Shown: positions 1-8,154 of the stretch, piece after piece
How the letters are laid out: each line of letters begins with the position of its first letter
How positions within the stretch are numbered: position 1 is the stretch's first letter
NCBI GenBank assembly: GCA_028279745.1
Contig: JANQNC010000001.1
Span: 750,001 to 782,000 of the forward strand
Length of the DNA: 32,000 nt
DNA from: Candidatus Nanoarchaeia archaeon
GTDB lineage: Archaea; Nanobdellota; Nanobdellia; Woesearchaeales; JANQNC01
Reading direction: 5' to 3'
Made by a program: the position numbers and the translations under genes
Notes under the pieces: model-generated
What the model saw: only the letters and a program-made list of their open reading frames with translations
Databases searched by the model: none
What the model was told of the DNA's origin: nothing

Positions 1-140
1 CTAGCAAGAACCATGTGGATAAGTTCACCGCTTCTTGTCTCAAATATTATATCTCCCACTTCTCCAAATCTTTTACCAATCTTACTTACAACAGTCTTTC
101 CAATCAGTTGTTTTGTGAATTTTTTTTCTTCTTCTGCCAT
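1..140 (-). CDS. PRC-barrel domain protein (N-terminal fragment; gene runs off the left edge)
   Basis: Absent from the ORF track because it has no stop in the window. The reverse complement of 1-140 starts with ATG (138-140) and reads MAEEEKKFTKQLIGKTVVSKIGKRFGEVGDIIFETRSGELIHMVLA. This is the G-K-x-V-x3-G-x2-G-x-V-x-D-I-x-F pattern typical of PRC-barrel proteins. A GAGGGGT Shine-Dalgarno-like element lies at 147-153 (minus), 6 nt before the ATG. The + ORF 15-200 is its antisense shadow. Confidence 0.55.
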   Translation of the reverse strand, partial: MAEEEKKFTKQLIGKTVVSKIGKRFGEVGDIIFETRSGELIHMVLA

Positions 141-285
141 TTTATTACCCCTCTAACAATTTTTTTAATTATGAAATCATTACAAATCTATCAGCCATAA
201 TATATAAACTTTTCCAAAAGAATATCATAAATCTGTATATTTCTACAACGGAACGGGCGTAAAAAAGGGTCCGTTTAGGAAAAAT

Positions 286-304
286 AAAAAAGCTTTTTAT
301 ATAG
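286..304 (+). promoter_or_regulatory. BRE/TATA-like promoter element upstream of tyrS
   Basis: AAAAAGCTTTTTATATAG lies about 35 nt upstream of the ATG at 337. The same AAAGCTTTTTAWA-type element recurs upstream of other genes in the window (25271-25285; a related palindromic version at 31421-31440). Confidence 0.4.
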
Positions 305-336
305 TGGATGATAAAATAGGGAATAAGAGGTATAAA

Positions 337-1413
337 ATGGATACAGACAAAAAAATCGAGCTAATCAAACAAGTTGGAGAAGAAATAATAACAGAAGAAG
401 ATTTACGTAAATTATTAGATGAAAAGAAAAATCCAATAGCTTATGATGGGTTTGAACCCTCAGGAAAGATCCACATAGCACAAGGAATCCTTCGTTCAAT
501 TAATATTAACAAGATGACTTCTGCAGGATGCAAGTTCAAATTATGGGTTGCAGACTGGTTCGCACTAATGAACAACAAGATGGGTGGAGATCTTGAAAAA
601 ATTAAAATTACTGGAGAATACTTCACAGAAGTATGGAAAGCATCAGGAATGGACATGGACAATGTGGAGTTCTTATGGGCATCAGACGTAATGGACGATA
701 AAGAATACTGGAAAAAAGTCATAGAAATAGGTCGTAAGAATACTGTAAAAAGAATTACAAGATGCTCACAAATAATGGGAAGATCAGAAGATGAAAGTTT
801 AAGTGGAGCACAAATATTCTATCCTTGCATGCAAGCAGCAGATATATTTCACCTAGAAGCAGATATTGCGCAGTTAGGAATGGATCAAAGGAAAGTGAAT
901 ATGCTTGCAAGAGAAGTAGGTGACAAACTATTCGGATACAAACCCGTAGCAGTACACCACCACATGTTAATGGGGTTAGGGCAGCCTCCTGAGAGTGACT
1001 TGAAGGGTGCAGATAGAGGGATAGCAATGAAGATGTCAAAAAGCGTTCCCGACAGCGCATTATTTATGACAGATAGCGAAGATGATATCAAAAGAAAGAT
1101 GAAAAAAGCATACTGTCCTGAGAAAGAAATTAATGAAAATCCAATATTAGAATATGCAAAATATTTGGTATTTGAAAAATTTGATAGTTTCAAGATTGAG
1201 AGAGATGAAAAATTTGGTGGAGATGTGGAGTTCAAAAGTTATGGTGAGCTAGAAGAAGCTTATGGTAAAGGGGAGTTGCACCCGATGGACCTAAAAGCGG
1301 GTGTTGGGAACTATTGTAATGAAATGATCAAACCAATAAGAGAACACTTTGAAAAGAATTCTAAAGCAAAAGAGTTATTAGAACAGGTAAAAAGCTTTGA
1401 AGTGACACGTTAG
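337..1413 (+). CDS. tyrS: Tyrosyl-tRNA synthetase (archaeal/eukaryal type)
   Basis: AYDGFEPSGKIHIAQG is the class I HIGH-region equivalent of TyrRS, and an exact KMSKS occurs in IAMKMSKSVP. Length and overall layout fit archaeal TyrRS. Start moved from the track GTG (304) to ATG 337, which is preceded by AGAGG at 326-330. Confidence 0.92.
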   Translation: MDTDKKIELIKQVGEEIITEEDLRKLLDEKKNPIAYDGFEPSGKIHIAQGILRSININKMTSAGCKFKLWVADWFALMNNKMGGDLEKIKITGEYFTEVWKASGMDMDNVEFLWASDVMDDKEYWKKVIEIGRKNTVKRITRCSQIMGRSEDESLSGAQIFYPCMQAADIFHLEADIAQLGMDQRKVNMLAREVGDKLFGYKPVAVHHHMLMGLGQPPESDLKGADRGIAMKMSKSVPDSALFMTDSEDDIKRKMKKAYCPEKEINENPILEYAKYLVFEKFDSFKIERDEKFGGDVEFKSYGELEEAYGKGELHPMDLKAGVGNYCNEMIKPIREHFEKNSKAKELLEQVKSFEVTR

Positions 1414-2090
1414 AAATACTTGTTTAGTTCTAGGAGAGATTTAATTTTGTAATCAACATTACTTTTAATTTCTTCATCAGAAGACTCAATAATATCAACT
1501 GTTGTGTCTTTCACACCCGTAAGATCAACAAGAACTGTTTTTGTCCCTATTTTTTTCCCAGGAATCAAGTCTTTGTAAACATTATTACCTACAACAACTG
1601 TTTCTTCTGAGGTTGTGTTCCAATCCTTAATTATCTCTTGATATGGTAAAGAGGAAGGCTTAGCTTTAGCAAACATCTGAGAAGAATAAGCTTTCTTAAA
1701 AAAATCCTTAATACCTAAACAATCTAAAACATTATTGACAGAATCTATAGACGAACCAGAAAGAACAACCAATTCATGCTTCTTACTGAAATCAGAAAGA
1801 AAATCAGCCAACTCTTTATCCTCCCCAATAATGCCCTCTGCTCGGACTGCATTCAAAGTTGCATAAAAATCATCCTTAGAAAAACCTAAAGCAACATAAG
1901 TATAAGTGGATGAGGCTTTCTCACCGTTTGCAGCGAGATCTAACTTAGTCTGATTATACTTATTAAGAGCCTCATCAAAACTAAGATTAAACTTATCTGC
2001 AACCCTACCAATTATAGCCTTGCTCCTAGCTTCCCTAAAACCATCAGAATAATATAGCGTATCATCCATATCGAAAATAAATAAAGTCAT
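1410..2090 (-). CDS. HAD-superfamily hydrolase
   Basis: The N-terminal motif I FIFDMDDTLY (DxDxT) is followed by later VVLSGSS and GNN..KD motifs typical of HAD phosphatases. Its stop overlaps the tyrS stop (TTAG at 1410-1413). Confidence 0.8.
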   Translation of the reverse strand: MTLFIFDMDDTLYYSDGFREARSKAIIGRVADKFNLSFDEALNKYNQTKLDLAANGEKASSTYTYVALGFSKDDFYATLNAVRAEGIIGEDKELADFLSDFSKKHELVVLSGSSIDSVNNVLDCLGIKDFFKKAYSSQMFAKAKPSSLPYQEIIKDWNTTSEETVVVGNNVYKDLIPGKKIGTKTVLVDLTGVKDTTVDIIESSDEEIKSNVDYKIKSLLELNKYF

Positions 2091-2143
2091 AAATCTGGGA
2101 TAAGACGCATGTTTAAAAAAATTCCCATTTTAAAAGACAAACA

Positions 2144-2151
2144 TTTATAAA
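2144..2151 (+). promoter_or_regulatory. TATA box for pan (leaderless or near-leaderless transcript)
   Basis: TTTATAAA is centred about 26 nt upstream of the ATG at 2174, the canonical archaeal TATA-to-start spacing. Confidence 0.45.
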
Positions 2152-2173
2152 CATAAAAACTAAGGAAAATAAC

Positions 2174-3316
2174 ATGGTAGACAGCTCAAAAAAAGACATA
2201 GATGAATTAACATATGGATATGACACAGATGTCAATAAATTGGAAGACGAAAACAGAATACTCAAAGAGACAATAGACCAATTAAAAGAAGAAATTGGAA
2301 GACTAAAGACTCCTCCTTTGATCATTGGGGAAGTAAAGGAGCTGGAAAAGAATAATGCAATTGTCAGATTGAGTAATGGTAATGAGTTCTATGTAGCAGT
2401 AAGCAAAGAATGTGAAAAACTAGTGGCAGGGGATTTTGTATTATGTGAACAGAAAAACTTAACTGTGATAAAGAAGGCACATACGTTGAAGAGTTTCAAT
2501 GTAGATAAATTTGTAATGATAGAAAAGCCAACAATAAAATGGACAGAAGTTGGTGGATTAAAAAAACCAATCAAAGAGATAAAAGAAGTTGTAGAATTAC
2601 CTTTGAAGAAGCCCGAGCTGTTTAAGAAAATAGGGATCACACCACCAAAAGGGATATTATTATATGGGCCACCCGGAACTGGAAAAACCTTGTTAGCTAA
2701 AGCCGTTGCAGCTTCAACTAACAGCACATTTATCGAAATAGTAGCATCAGAACTAGTTCAAAAATTCATAGGGGAAGGAGCTAAACTAGTAAAAGAAATA
2801 TTTACACTAGCTAAAGAAAACGCACCAGCAATAATATTCATAGATGAGATTGATTCATTAGCGGCAAAAAGGATCGAGATAGGAACTTCAGGTGAAAGAG
2901 AAGTACAAAGAACATTTATGCAATTACTGGCAGAGATAGATGGATTTAAGGCATTAGGAGATGTGAAAATAATAGGTGCAACAAATCGTAAGGATATTTT
3001 AGATCCTGCAGTTACAAGACCCGGCCGTCTTGATAGATTAATTCATATAGATGTTCCAAAAGGTGAAGAAATAACACAGATACTAAAAATACACACAAAA
3101 GACATGAAATTAGAAAAAGTTGACTTGAAAAAACTAACTTTGGAAATGGAAGGATTCTCGGGAGCAGAAATAAGAGCTTCATGTGTAGAAACAGGATACC
3201 AAGCAATACGAAAGAACAAAACAAAGGTTACCCAAAAAGACTTCAAACTAGGCATACAAAGAGTAAAAGAAGCAGAAGAACAAGAAGGGGAAGACTTTAT
3301 GGGAATGTTTGGCTAG
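2174..3316 (+). CDS. pan: Proteasome-activating nucleotidase (AAA+ ATPase, PAN)
   Basis: N-terminal coiled coil ([23 protein letters not shown]) followed by an OB-like segment. Walker A GPPGTGKT, Walker B IIFIDEID, second region of homology ATNR...PGRLDR. About 380 aa, as expected for PAN. Confidence 0.9.
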   Translation: MVDSSKKDIDELTYGYDTDVNKLEDENRILKETIDQLKEEIGRLKTPPLIIGEVKELEKNNAIVRLSNGNEFYVAVSKECEKLVAGDFVLCEQKNLTVIKKAHTLKSFNVDKFVMIEKPTIKWTEVGGLKKPIKEIKEVVELPLKKPELFKKIGITPPKGILLYGPPGTGKTLLAKAVAASTNSTFIEIVASELVQKFIGEGAKLVKEIFTLAKENAPAIIFIDEIDSLAAKRIEIGTSGEREVQRTFMQLLAEIDGFKALGDVKIIGATNRKDILDPAVTRPGRLDRLIHIDVPKGEEITQILKIHTKDMKLEKVDLKKLTLEMEGFSGAEIRASCVETGYQAIRKNKTKVTQKDFKLGIQRVKEAEEQEGEDFMGMFG

Positions 3317-3912
3317 AATTTAATATCTAACTCTTTTAATTTATTTTTTAAATTTTCAACATCTGTAAAAAGTATTGTTTTCATACCCAGTTCTTCTGCA
3401 GGAGGCAGATTTTTTTCTAAATCATCAACAAACACACAATCGGCCGGTGCTGAAGAAGTGTTTTTTAGCGCAACCCTATAAATTTCTGGGTCTGGTTTAT
3501 TAACACCAACCTCATAGGAAACAACACAATGATCAAAATAAGAACTTACATCGTACTTAGTGTTTAGAAACGGCCACCATTCTTTAGTTTGATCAGACAA
3601 CAAAATAAGATTGTAACCTTTCTCCTTTAAAGAAGATAACAGTTCAGGCATACCTTTATTAGGCTTGAATAAATTTAGCATTTCATTCCTAAGTTTTTTC
3701 CAGTCTTCATCTAAATCAACCCCCTTAAGGTAGGTTTTCCAAAAATCTTCCTCTGAAATTTTACCTGAAAAATAATCCTTATAAGAACTTAAGAAAAATT
3801 TGGTTGAAGTTTCGTTAGAAATACCATACTCTTTTTTCATGTAGTCCCAAAAACACCACAGACCCCTATTAAGAACTACTCCCCCCAAATCAAAAATCAC
3901 CGTTTCAATCAT
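3313..3912 (-). CDS. HAD-superfamily hydrolase (subfamily IA-like)
   Basis: Motif I VIFDLGGVV, LLSDQT (motif II-like) and C-terminal VFVDD (motif IV). Its stop shares CTAG (3313-3316) with the pan stop. Confidence 0.8.
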   Translation of the reverse strand: MIETVIFDLGGVVLNRGLWCFWDYMKKEYGISNETSTKFFLSSYKDYFSGKISEEDFWKTYLKGVDLDEDWKKLRNEMLNLFKPNKGMPELLSSLKEKGYNLILLSDQTKEWWPFLNTKYDVSSYFDHCVVSYEVGVNKPDPEIYRVALKNTSSAPADCVFVDDLEKNLPPAEELGMKTILFTDVENLKNKLKELDIKF

Positions 3913-4025
3913 AAAACAGAGAGAGATACACCCATTTAAATAACTATCCAGTTAATGTTTATAAATAAAAGCTGATTTCTAAGGTTATTATGCACAAAAA
4001 TCAAAGATTTTTGGCACCATAAAAA

Positions 4026-5030
4026 ATGGTGGCTAAAAAGATAGAAAAGTATGAAGACCTTAAGACCATGAATTTTAAGGTTGAGAAAATCAAAACACTA
4101 GATGATTTTCCGCCAATAAAAGGGATAAACTTCGAGAAAAAAGTATCAGTAGGTAAATTAATTGATTCCATGGCAACAACAGGATTTCAGGCTGCTAATC
4201 TAGCTAAAGCTGTACACATAATAAAAGCGATGCAGCGGGAGAAAGCTAAGATTTTTTTGGGTTTCACTTCCAATATGATAACCTCGGGTGTTCGTGAGAT
4301 AATAAATTATATGTGCAAACATAAGATGGTGCATTCTATAACAACAACAGCAGGCGGAGTAGAGGAAGATATTGTTAAATGTTTTAAACCATTTGTTGTT
4401 GGAGAGTTTGATGCAGACGGAAGAGGATTATTACAAAGCGGGATAGCACGGACAGGAAACATCTTTATCCCAAATGACAGATACTTGTATTTTGAAAGAT
4501 TCATGGAAAAATTCTTCGTAAAAATGAATGCAAAACAAAAAAAAGAAGGTAAAGTGATGGCAATAACAGAATTTACAAATTTACTTGGAAAAGAGATTGA
4601 TAATAAAGACAGTTACCTGTATTGGGCACATAAAAATGGAATTCCTGTTTACTGCCCACCAATAATAGACGGTGCAATAGGGGATATGTTATACTTCTTC
4701 AAACAAAAACACCCAGAATTCCAACTAGACTTGGTTGATGATGTTAGAAAAATAGTCGATTATAGTTTAAGCGTAGAAAAAACAGGCGCCATTATTTTGG
4801 GTGCAGGAGTACCAAAACATCATATTTTGAATTCTAACATTCTTAGAGGTGGATTGGATTATACTGTCTATGTGAATACAGCACAAGAATATGATGGGTG
4901 TGACTCAGGAGCAAGAATAGACGAAGCAATAACTTGGGGAAAAGTAAATCCAAAAGGTATGGATGTTAAGGTTTTCTGTGACGCAACAATTGCGTTTCCT
5001 TTGATAATGAGTGCAGTGCTAGAAAAGTAA
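4026..5030 (+). CDS. dys: Deoxyhypusine synthase
   Basis: Characteristic blocks TSNMITSGVRE, TTAGGVEEDI, GAGVPKHH and DEAITWGK. The 334-aa size fits archaeal DHS. Confidence 0.9.
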   Translation: MVAKKIEKYEDLKTMNFKVEKIKTLDDFPPIKGINFEKKVSVGKLIDSMATTGFQAANLAKAVHIIKAMQREKAKIFLGFTSNMITSGVREIINYMCKHKMVHSITTTAGGVEEDIVKCFKPFVVGEFDADGRGLLQSGIARTGNIFIPNDRYLYFERFMEKFFVKMNAKQKKEGKVMAITEFTNLLGKEIDNKDSYLYWAHKNGIPVYCPPIIDGAIGDMLYFFKQKHPEFQLDLVDDVRKIVDYSLSVEKTGAIILGAGVPKHHILNSNILRGGLDYTVYVNTAQEYDGCDSGARIDEAITWGKVNPKGMDVKVFCDATIAFPLIMSAVLEK

Positions 5031-5031
5031 A

Positions 5032-5108
5032 GGTGCATGCTCATCAGTTACTTCCGGAGGTCACAGCCCGAAGGCTACCCTGGTGTTCACTTAATCATCG
5101 CACGCACC
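5032..5108 (-). ncRNA. Candidate 77-nt structured small RNA (k-turn / box C/D-like features); class unknown
   Basis: This is the one conspicuous GC-rich non-coding island I noticed. Minus-strand read: GGUGCGUGC-GAUGAUUAAGUGAACACCAGGGUAGCCUUCGGGCUGUGACCUCCGGAAGUAACUGAUGA-GCAUGCACC. The 9-bp closing helix is fully paired on the minus strand (one G.U) but has an A.C mismatch on the plus strand. An AGCC-UUCG-GGCU hairpin (plus 5065-5076) carries a cUUCGg tetraloop only on the minus strand. GAUGA and CUGA(UGA) face each other next to the closing helix, as boxes C and D do. TTATATA (5131-5137, minus) is centred about 26 nt upstream of the 5' G. The element is followed on the minus strand by UUUACUUUUCU (5021-5031). 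Confidence 0.5.
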
Positions 5109-5130
5109 GATAAGAGAAATGTCTGAATCC

Positions 5131-5137
5131 TATATAA
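5131..5137 (-). promoter_or_regulatory. TATA box positioned for the minus-strand small RNA
   Basis: TTATATA on the minus strand is centred about 26 nt from the first G of the closing helix (5108). Confidence 0.4.
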
Positions 5138-5194
5138 TCATTGCGCCTTTTTTGTTCCCATAGATATTTAAATCAAAAACACAAAATAAAAAAT

Positions 5195-6385
5195 ATGTTA
5201 TTTAAGAAAGGAGAACTGGAACTATTGTGGCCATTTTACATTTATTACCTTGTGTTTGGATTGTCAACAATGGTTCTACCTTTCCTCATCATCTACTTCA
5301 AAAACTTAGGATTTTCTTTTCTTCAAATAGCGATAATCACATCCACCATGGGAATAAGTATGTTCTTATTTGAAGTACCGACAGGTGCGTTTGCAGATGG
5401 GTTCAGCAGAAAATACTCAGTAATACTTGGGTTTGTCATTACAGGTATTTCAGTAATACTAATCCCCTTAACTTCAAATTTTTATCTCTTACTTTTGTTT
5501 TGGGTGCTTGCAGGGATAGGTATGACTTTTGTAAGTGGAGCAGAAGAATCATGGGTAATAGATAACCTCAATAAATTCAAAAGAAAAGATCTTCATCATG
5601 AATTCTTTATCAAAGCCCAAAGTCTGGCTGCATTTGGAGCAATATTTGCACCTTTTGTTGGTGCGATAATAGTAAAATCATATTCAATAAAACTTCTCTG
5701 GTTCATATTTGGAATGGGTTTTTTGATAAACTCGTTAATTCTTGCATTGTTTGCGAATGAAATGTACAAACCAAAAAGACTTAAACTTACGAATGCAATA
5801 ACCGAAACGTACAAAAACAGCAAGAAAGGACTAAAATTTACAAAAACACACAAAACAATATTCTTGCTCTTATTAGGGAGCATTTTTACTTTCATGATGG
5901 TAATAGGAGGCAATGGCTGGCAACCGTTTTTAGTTTCACTTTCAATGCCACAATACCAACTAGGATATGTTTATTCTGCATTTGCTGCTTTCACTATGAT
6001 AACCCCGTTCTTATCCAAATTATTCATAAGAAAAAAAGTAAAAAATGTAGTATCATTTATCGTATTAATAAGGATGGCACTTCTTTTATCCTTACTTTTT
6101 ATTTATCCTCCATTTTACCTAATCGCAGCAATAGTTTACATAATGGAGGGAACATTATCATCAATAAAAGGACCACTATTACAACCATACTTCCACAAAT
6201 TCATACCAAGCAAAATAAGAGCGACAGTAATATCTGTCAAAAGCATGGCTACAACAATAGTAATCTCTCTATCAGCTATAGTTGCAGGTGTTTTCTTAGA
6301 TATATTTGGAACACAAAAAGTTTTAGCATTCGGAAGTCTTTTCGGGATACTCGCAATAATAGCATATCAAAAAATAAAAGACTAA
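5195..6385 (+). CDS. MFS-type transporter (about 12 TM segments)
   Basis: Hydrophobic throughout, with about 12 predicted helices and a central basic loop (KPKRLKLTNAITETYKNSKKGLKFTK) between two six-helix halves. An MFS-like GAFADGFSRK loop follows TM2. Start moved from the track TTG 5141 to ATG 5195; ATATTTAAAT at 5164-5173 is placed like a TATA box about 26 nt upstream. Confidence 0.72.
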   Translation: MLFKKGELELLWPFYIYYLVFGLSTMVLPFLIIYFKNLGFSFLQIAIITSTMGISMFLFEVPTGAFADGFSRKYSVILGFVITGISVILIPLTSNFYLLLLFWVLAGIGMTFVSGAEESWVIDNLNKFKRKDLHHEFFIKAQSLAAFGAIFAPFVGAIIVKSYSIKLLWFIFGMGFLINSLILALFANEMYKPKRLKLTNAITETYKNSKKGLKFTKTHKTIFLLLLGSIFTFMMVIGGNGWQPFLVSLSMPQYQLGYVYSAFAAFTMITPFLSKLFIRKKVKNVVSFIVLIRMALLLSLLFIYPPFYLIAAIVYIMEGTLSSIKGPLLQPYFHKFIPSKIRATVISVKSMATTIVISLSAIVAGVFLDIFGTQKVLAFGSLFGILAIIAYQKIKD

Positions 6386-8154
6386 TTAAGAACCTTGAAA
6401 TCAATACATACTCTAAAAGTTCTAGGTGAATAAGTACCACACTTCACAACATCTAAGACTTTAATCTTCTTTTTAGATTTCCTAGCTGCTTTTTCAACCA
6501 TCTGTTTGGCTTTAGAAGGTATTTCTTCCTCTTTCAGGAATGTGTATAGATGGATGATTGTGCCTTTTTTACTAGCAGCAAATGCTACGTCCAAAAATGT
6601 TTCAGCAGACTTAGGCAAAGGCATAACAATACGATCAAATAATCTCTTTTTTGAAATTAGGGTTTCATAAGAAGAGATCATCTCAATAGGATGCATCTCA
6701 TCTTTAGAAGTCACTTCAGCAACACCACGTCTAACATAAGGAAGAATCTTGTTAAAATTTATTTTTCCTGAGCCGATAGGTGTGCCGTGAGACTTACCGT
6801 TAGAGTCCGCTAGATGGAAATAAAGATTAAAGTCTTTCAGTTTTCTTATATGTTCAAGTACTTTTTTATTACTCTTATGCACAAGGAAAGAATGACACAC
6901 ATCAAAACATAAATTTTTCATACCTGTGTCTTGAGCAACATGCAGTTCATGATCTGCATCACCAAAGAATCCTCCACTATCATTCTCAAAAAAGAAATAA
7001 TCAAAATACTTTCTTAACTTTCTGATATTTCTTATGAATAAAGGACAATCCTTGGTTGATTCGTCTGATTTTTGGAAAGGATGAACAACAGCCTTAATAT
7101 CATGTTTAATGCATAACTCACCTAAAACAGCAAATATTTTTAGTTCGTCTTTGATGTTTTTCTTGTCTAAGCTCAACCTTTCTCCTTTGAAATTATAGAA
7201 GGGCATGTGGAGAATAATATCTTTAATGCCTTTTTTCTTTAAAGATCTTATCTCAACTTCAAGTCTTGCTTTTTTCTCAAATAAATCGGGCAGATTAAGA
7301 TGAAACTCAAAAATTCTTGGTTGTTCAACCAATCTTTCACTTAGTTCAGCAAGCTGAGTGTCACTTTTTAGACCTATTAGCTGATTGTAAAATTCAGGAG
7401 TTATCTTTCTAACATCACCCAAAATAACTTTTGCATTATTAAGATTGTTTAATTTTACATTTTCTTCTGCATATCTGTGCGCTTCGGGATTTAACTCAAC
7501 ACCAAAAACATTCCTAGCATCTGAATTTTTAGCAATAGAACAAACAAAAGGACCACACCCAGAAAACATAACCAAAACATCCTCATCTTTCTTAACCTGT
7601 TCAATCACTCTTTTTCGCTCATATGATGAACGTGTGCTAAAATAAACATCCTCTACATTAAGCTTCAGTTGAACATTGTTTTCCCTATGATTTGTTTCTT
7701 TGGTTCTTACACCTGCTAAGTGCTTCATTTTCTGAGTTCTAAATCTACCTTTATGAATCCCTTCCTTTCTAAGAACTGTTTTAATATTATTTTGAGTATC
7801 TAATAATGTGTTTGCAATTATTTTTTCTTTTCTCTTTAACGAGTCAGGAACTTCAAGAATGGCAACATTCCCCACAACATCATAAGAGGTAATAAGTTGT
7901 TCGGATTCTTTCTCTGACAAATGTTTTGATAATGCTTTTTTTAGATCTGTCTCTTTTCTTACTTTCTTCTTTAACTTCTTTTTTGAGAAAGACAGCAGTG
8001 AAAACTTATCTTTTAGATCATCTTTTTTAGTTGCAACAAAAAAAAGAAAATCGTTTTGGGCTAATATCTCATAGTTATTATCAACTAGATCCTTGCCTCT
8101 TGCATAGTTCAAAACTTTTTGCGCTTCCTTAACTGGGACTTTGACAACAATCAA
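6382..8154 (-). CDS. Trm5/Taw2 (Met-10+) family tRNA methyltransferase with a nested xylose-isomerase-like/endonuclease IV-like TIM-barrel domain
   Basis: Methyltransferase blocks: YDVVGNVAIL, VYFSTRSSYER, VLVMFSGCGPF (SAM loop), VELNP, ILGDVR. After about 250 aa come FDRIVMPLPKSAETFLDVA, GTIIHLYTF and YSPRTFRVCIDFKV. The inserted block (aa about 255-505) has LHMP, VVHPF, FENDSGG, FDVCHSF and FHLADSNGKSHGTPIGSGKINF. It starts on TTG, overlapping the fen1 TGA (TTGA at 8151-8154); there is no in-frame ATG until aa 143. Confidence 0.8.
   Translation of the reverse strand: MIVVKVPVKEAQKVLNYARGKDLVDNNYEILAQNDFLFFVATKKDDLKDKFSLLSFSKKKLKKKVRKETDLKKALSKHLSEKESEQLITSYDVVGNVAILEVPDSLKRKEKIIANTLLDTQNNIKTVLRKEGIHKGRFRTQKMKHLAGVRTKETNHRENNVQLKLNVEDVYFSTRSSYERKRVIEQVKKDEDVLVMFSGCGPFVCSIAKNSDARNVFGVELNPEAHRYAEENVKLNNLNNAKVILGDVRKITPEFYNQLIGLKSDTQLAELSERLVEQPRIFEFHLNLPDLFEKKARLEVEIRSLKKKGIKDIILHMPFYNFKGERLSLDKKNIKDELKIFAVLGELCIKHDIKAVVHPFQKSDESTKDCPLFIRNIRKLRKYFDYFFFENDSGGFFGDADHELHVAQDTGMKNLCFDVCHSFLVHKSNKKVLEHIRKLKDFNLYFHLADSNGKSHGTPIGSGKINFNKILPYVRRGVAEVTSKDEMHPIEMISSYETLISKKRLFDRIVMPLPKSAETFLDVAFAASKKGTIIHLYTFLKEEEIPSKAKQMVEKAARKSKKKIKVLDVVKCGTYSPRTFRVCIDFKVLN

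Noticed and set aside
15-200. 61-aa + strand ORF at the left edge
   Set aside because: It is Phe-rich, low-complexity and has no motif. It lies antisense to a much better PRC-barrel reading frame on the minus strand that has an ATG and an SD-like element.
248-276. GC-enriched imperfect hairpin AACGGAACGGGCGTAAAAAAGGGTCCGTT between the PRC-barrel gene and tyrS
   Set aside because: Only a 6-bp stem with a large loop can be drawn. It has no recognisable riboswitch or T-box-like features and lies upstream of the putative tyrS TATA box. It may be a regulator site, but the evidence is too thin.
5032-5108. tRNA, 5S rRNA or hammerhead ribozyme as the identity of the GC-rich island
   Set aside because: No D-arm or T-arm pairing or GTTC-type loop can be drawn on either strand. 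77 nt is too short for 5S, despite a CGGAAGU-like stretch. The CUGAUGAG word lacks the partner GAAA and cleavage-site helix needed for a hammerhead.
5141-5194. N-terminal extensions offered by the ORF track: MFS from TTG 5141, RNase Z from TTG 10902, and the Fe-S protein from 22255
   Set aside because: The extensions are basic or low-complexity, overlap neighbouring genes or promoter-like elements, and precede good ATG starts (5195, 11019, 22372) with TATA spacing or ATGA coupling.
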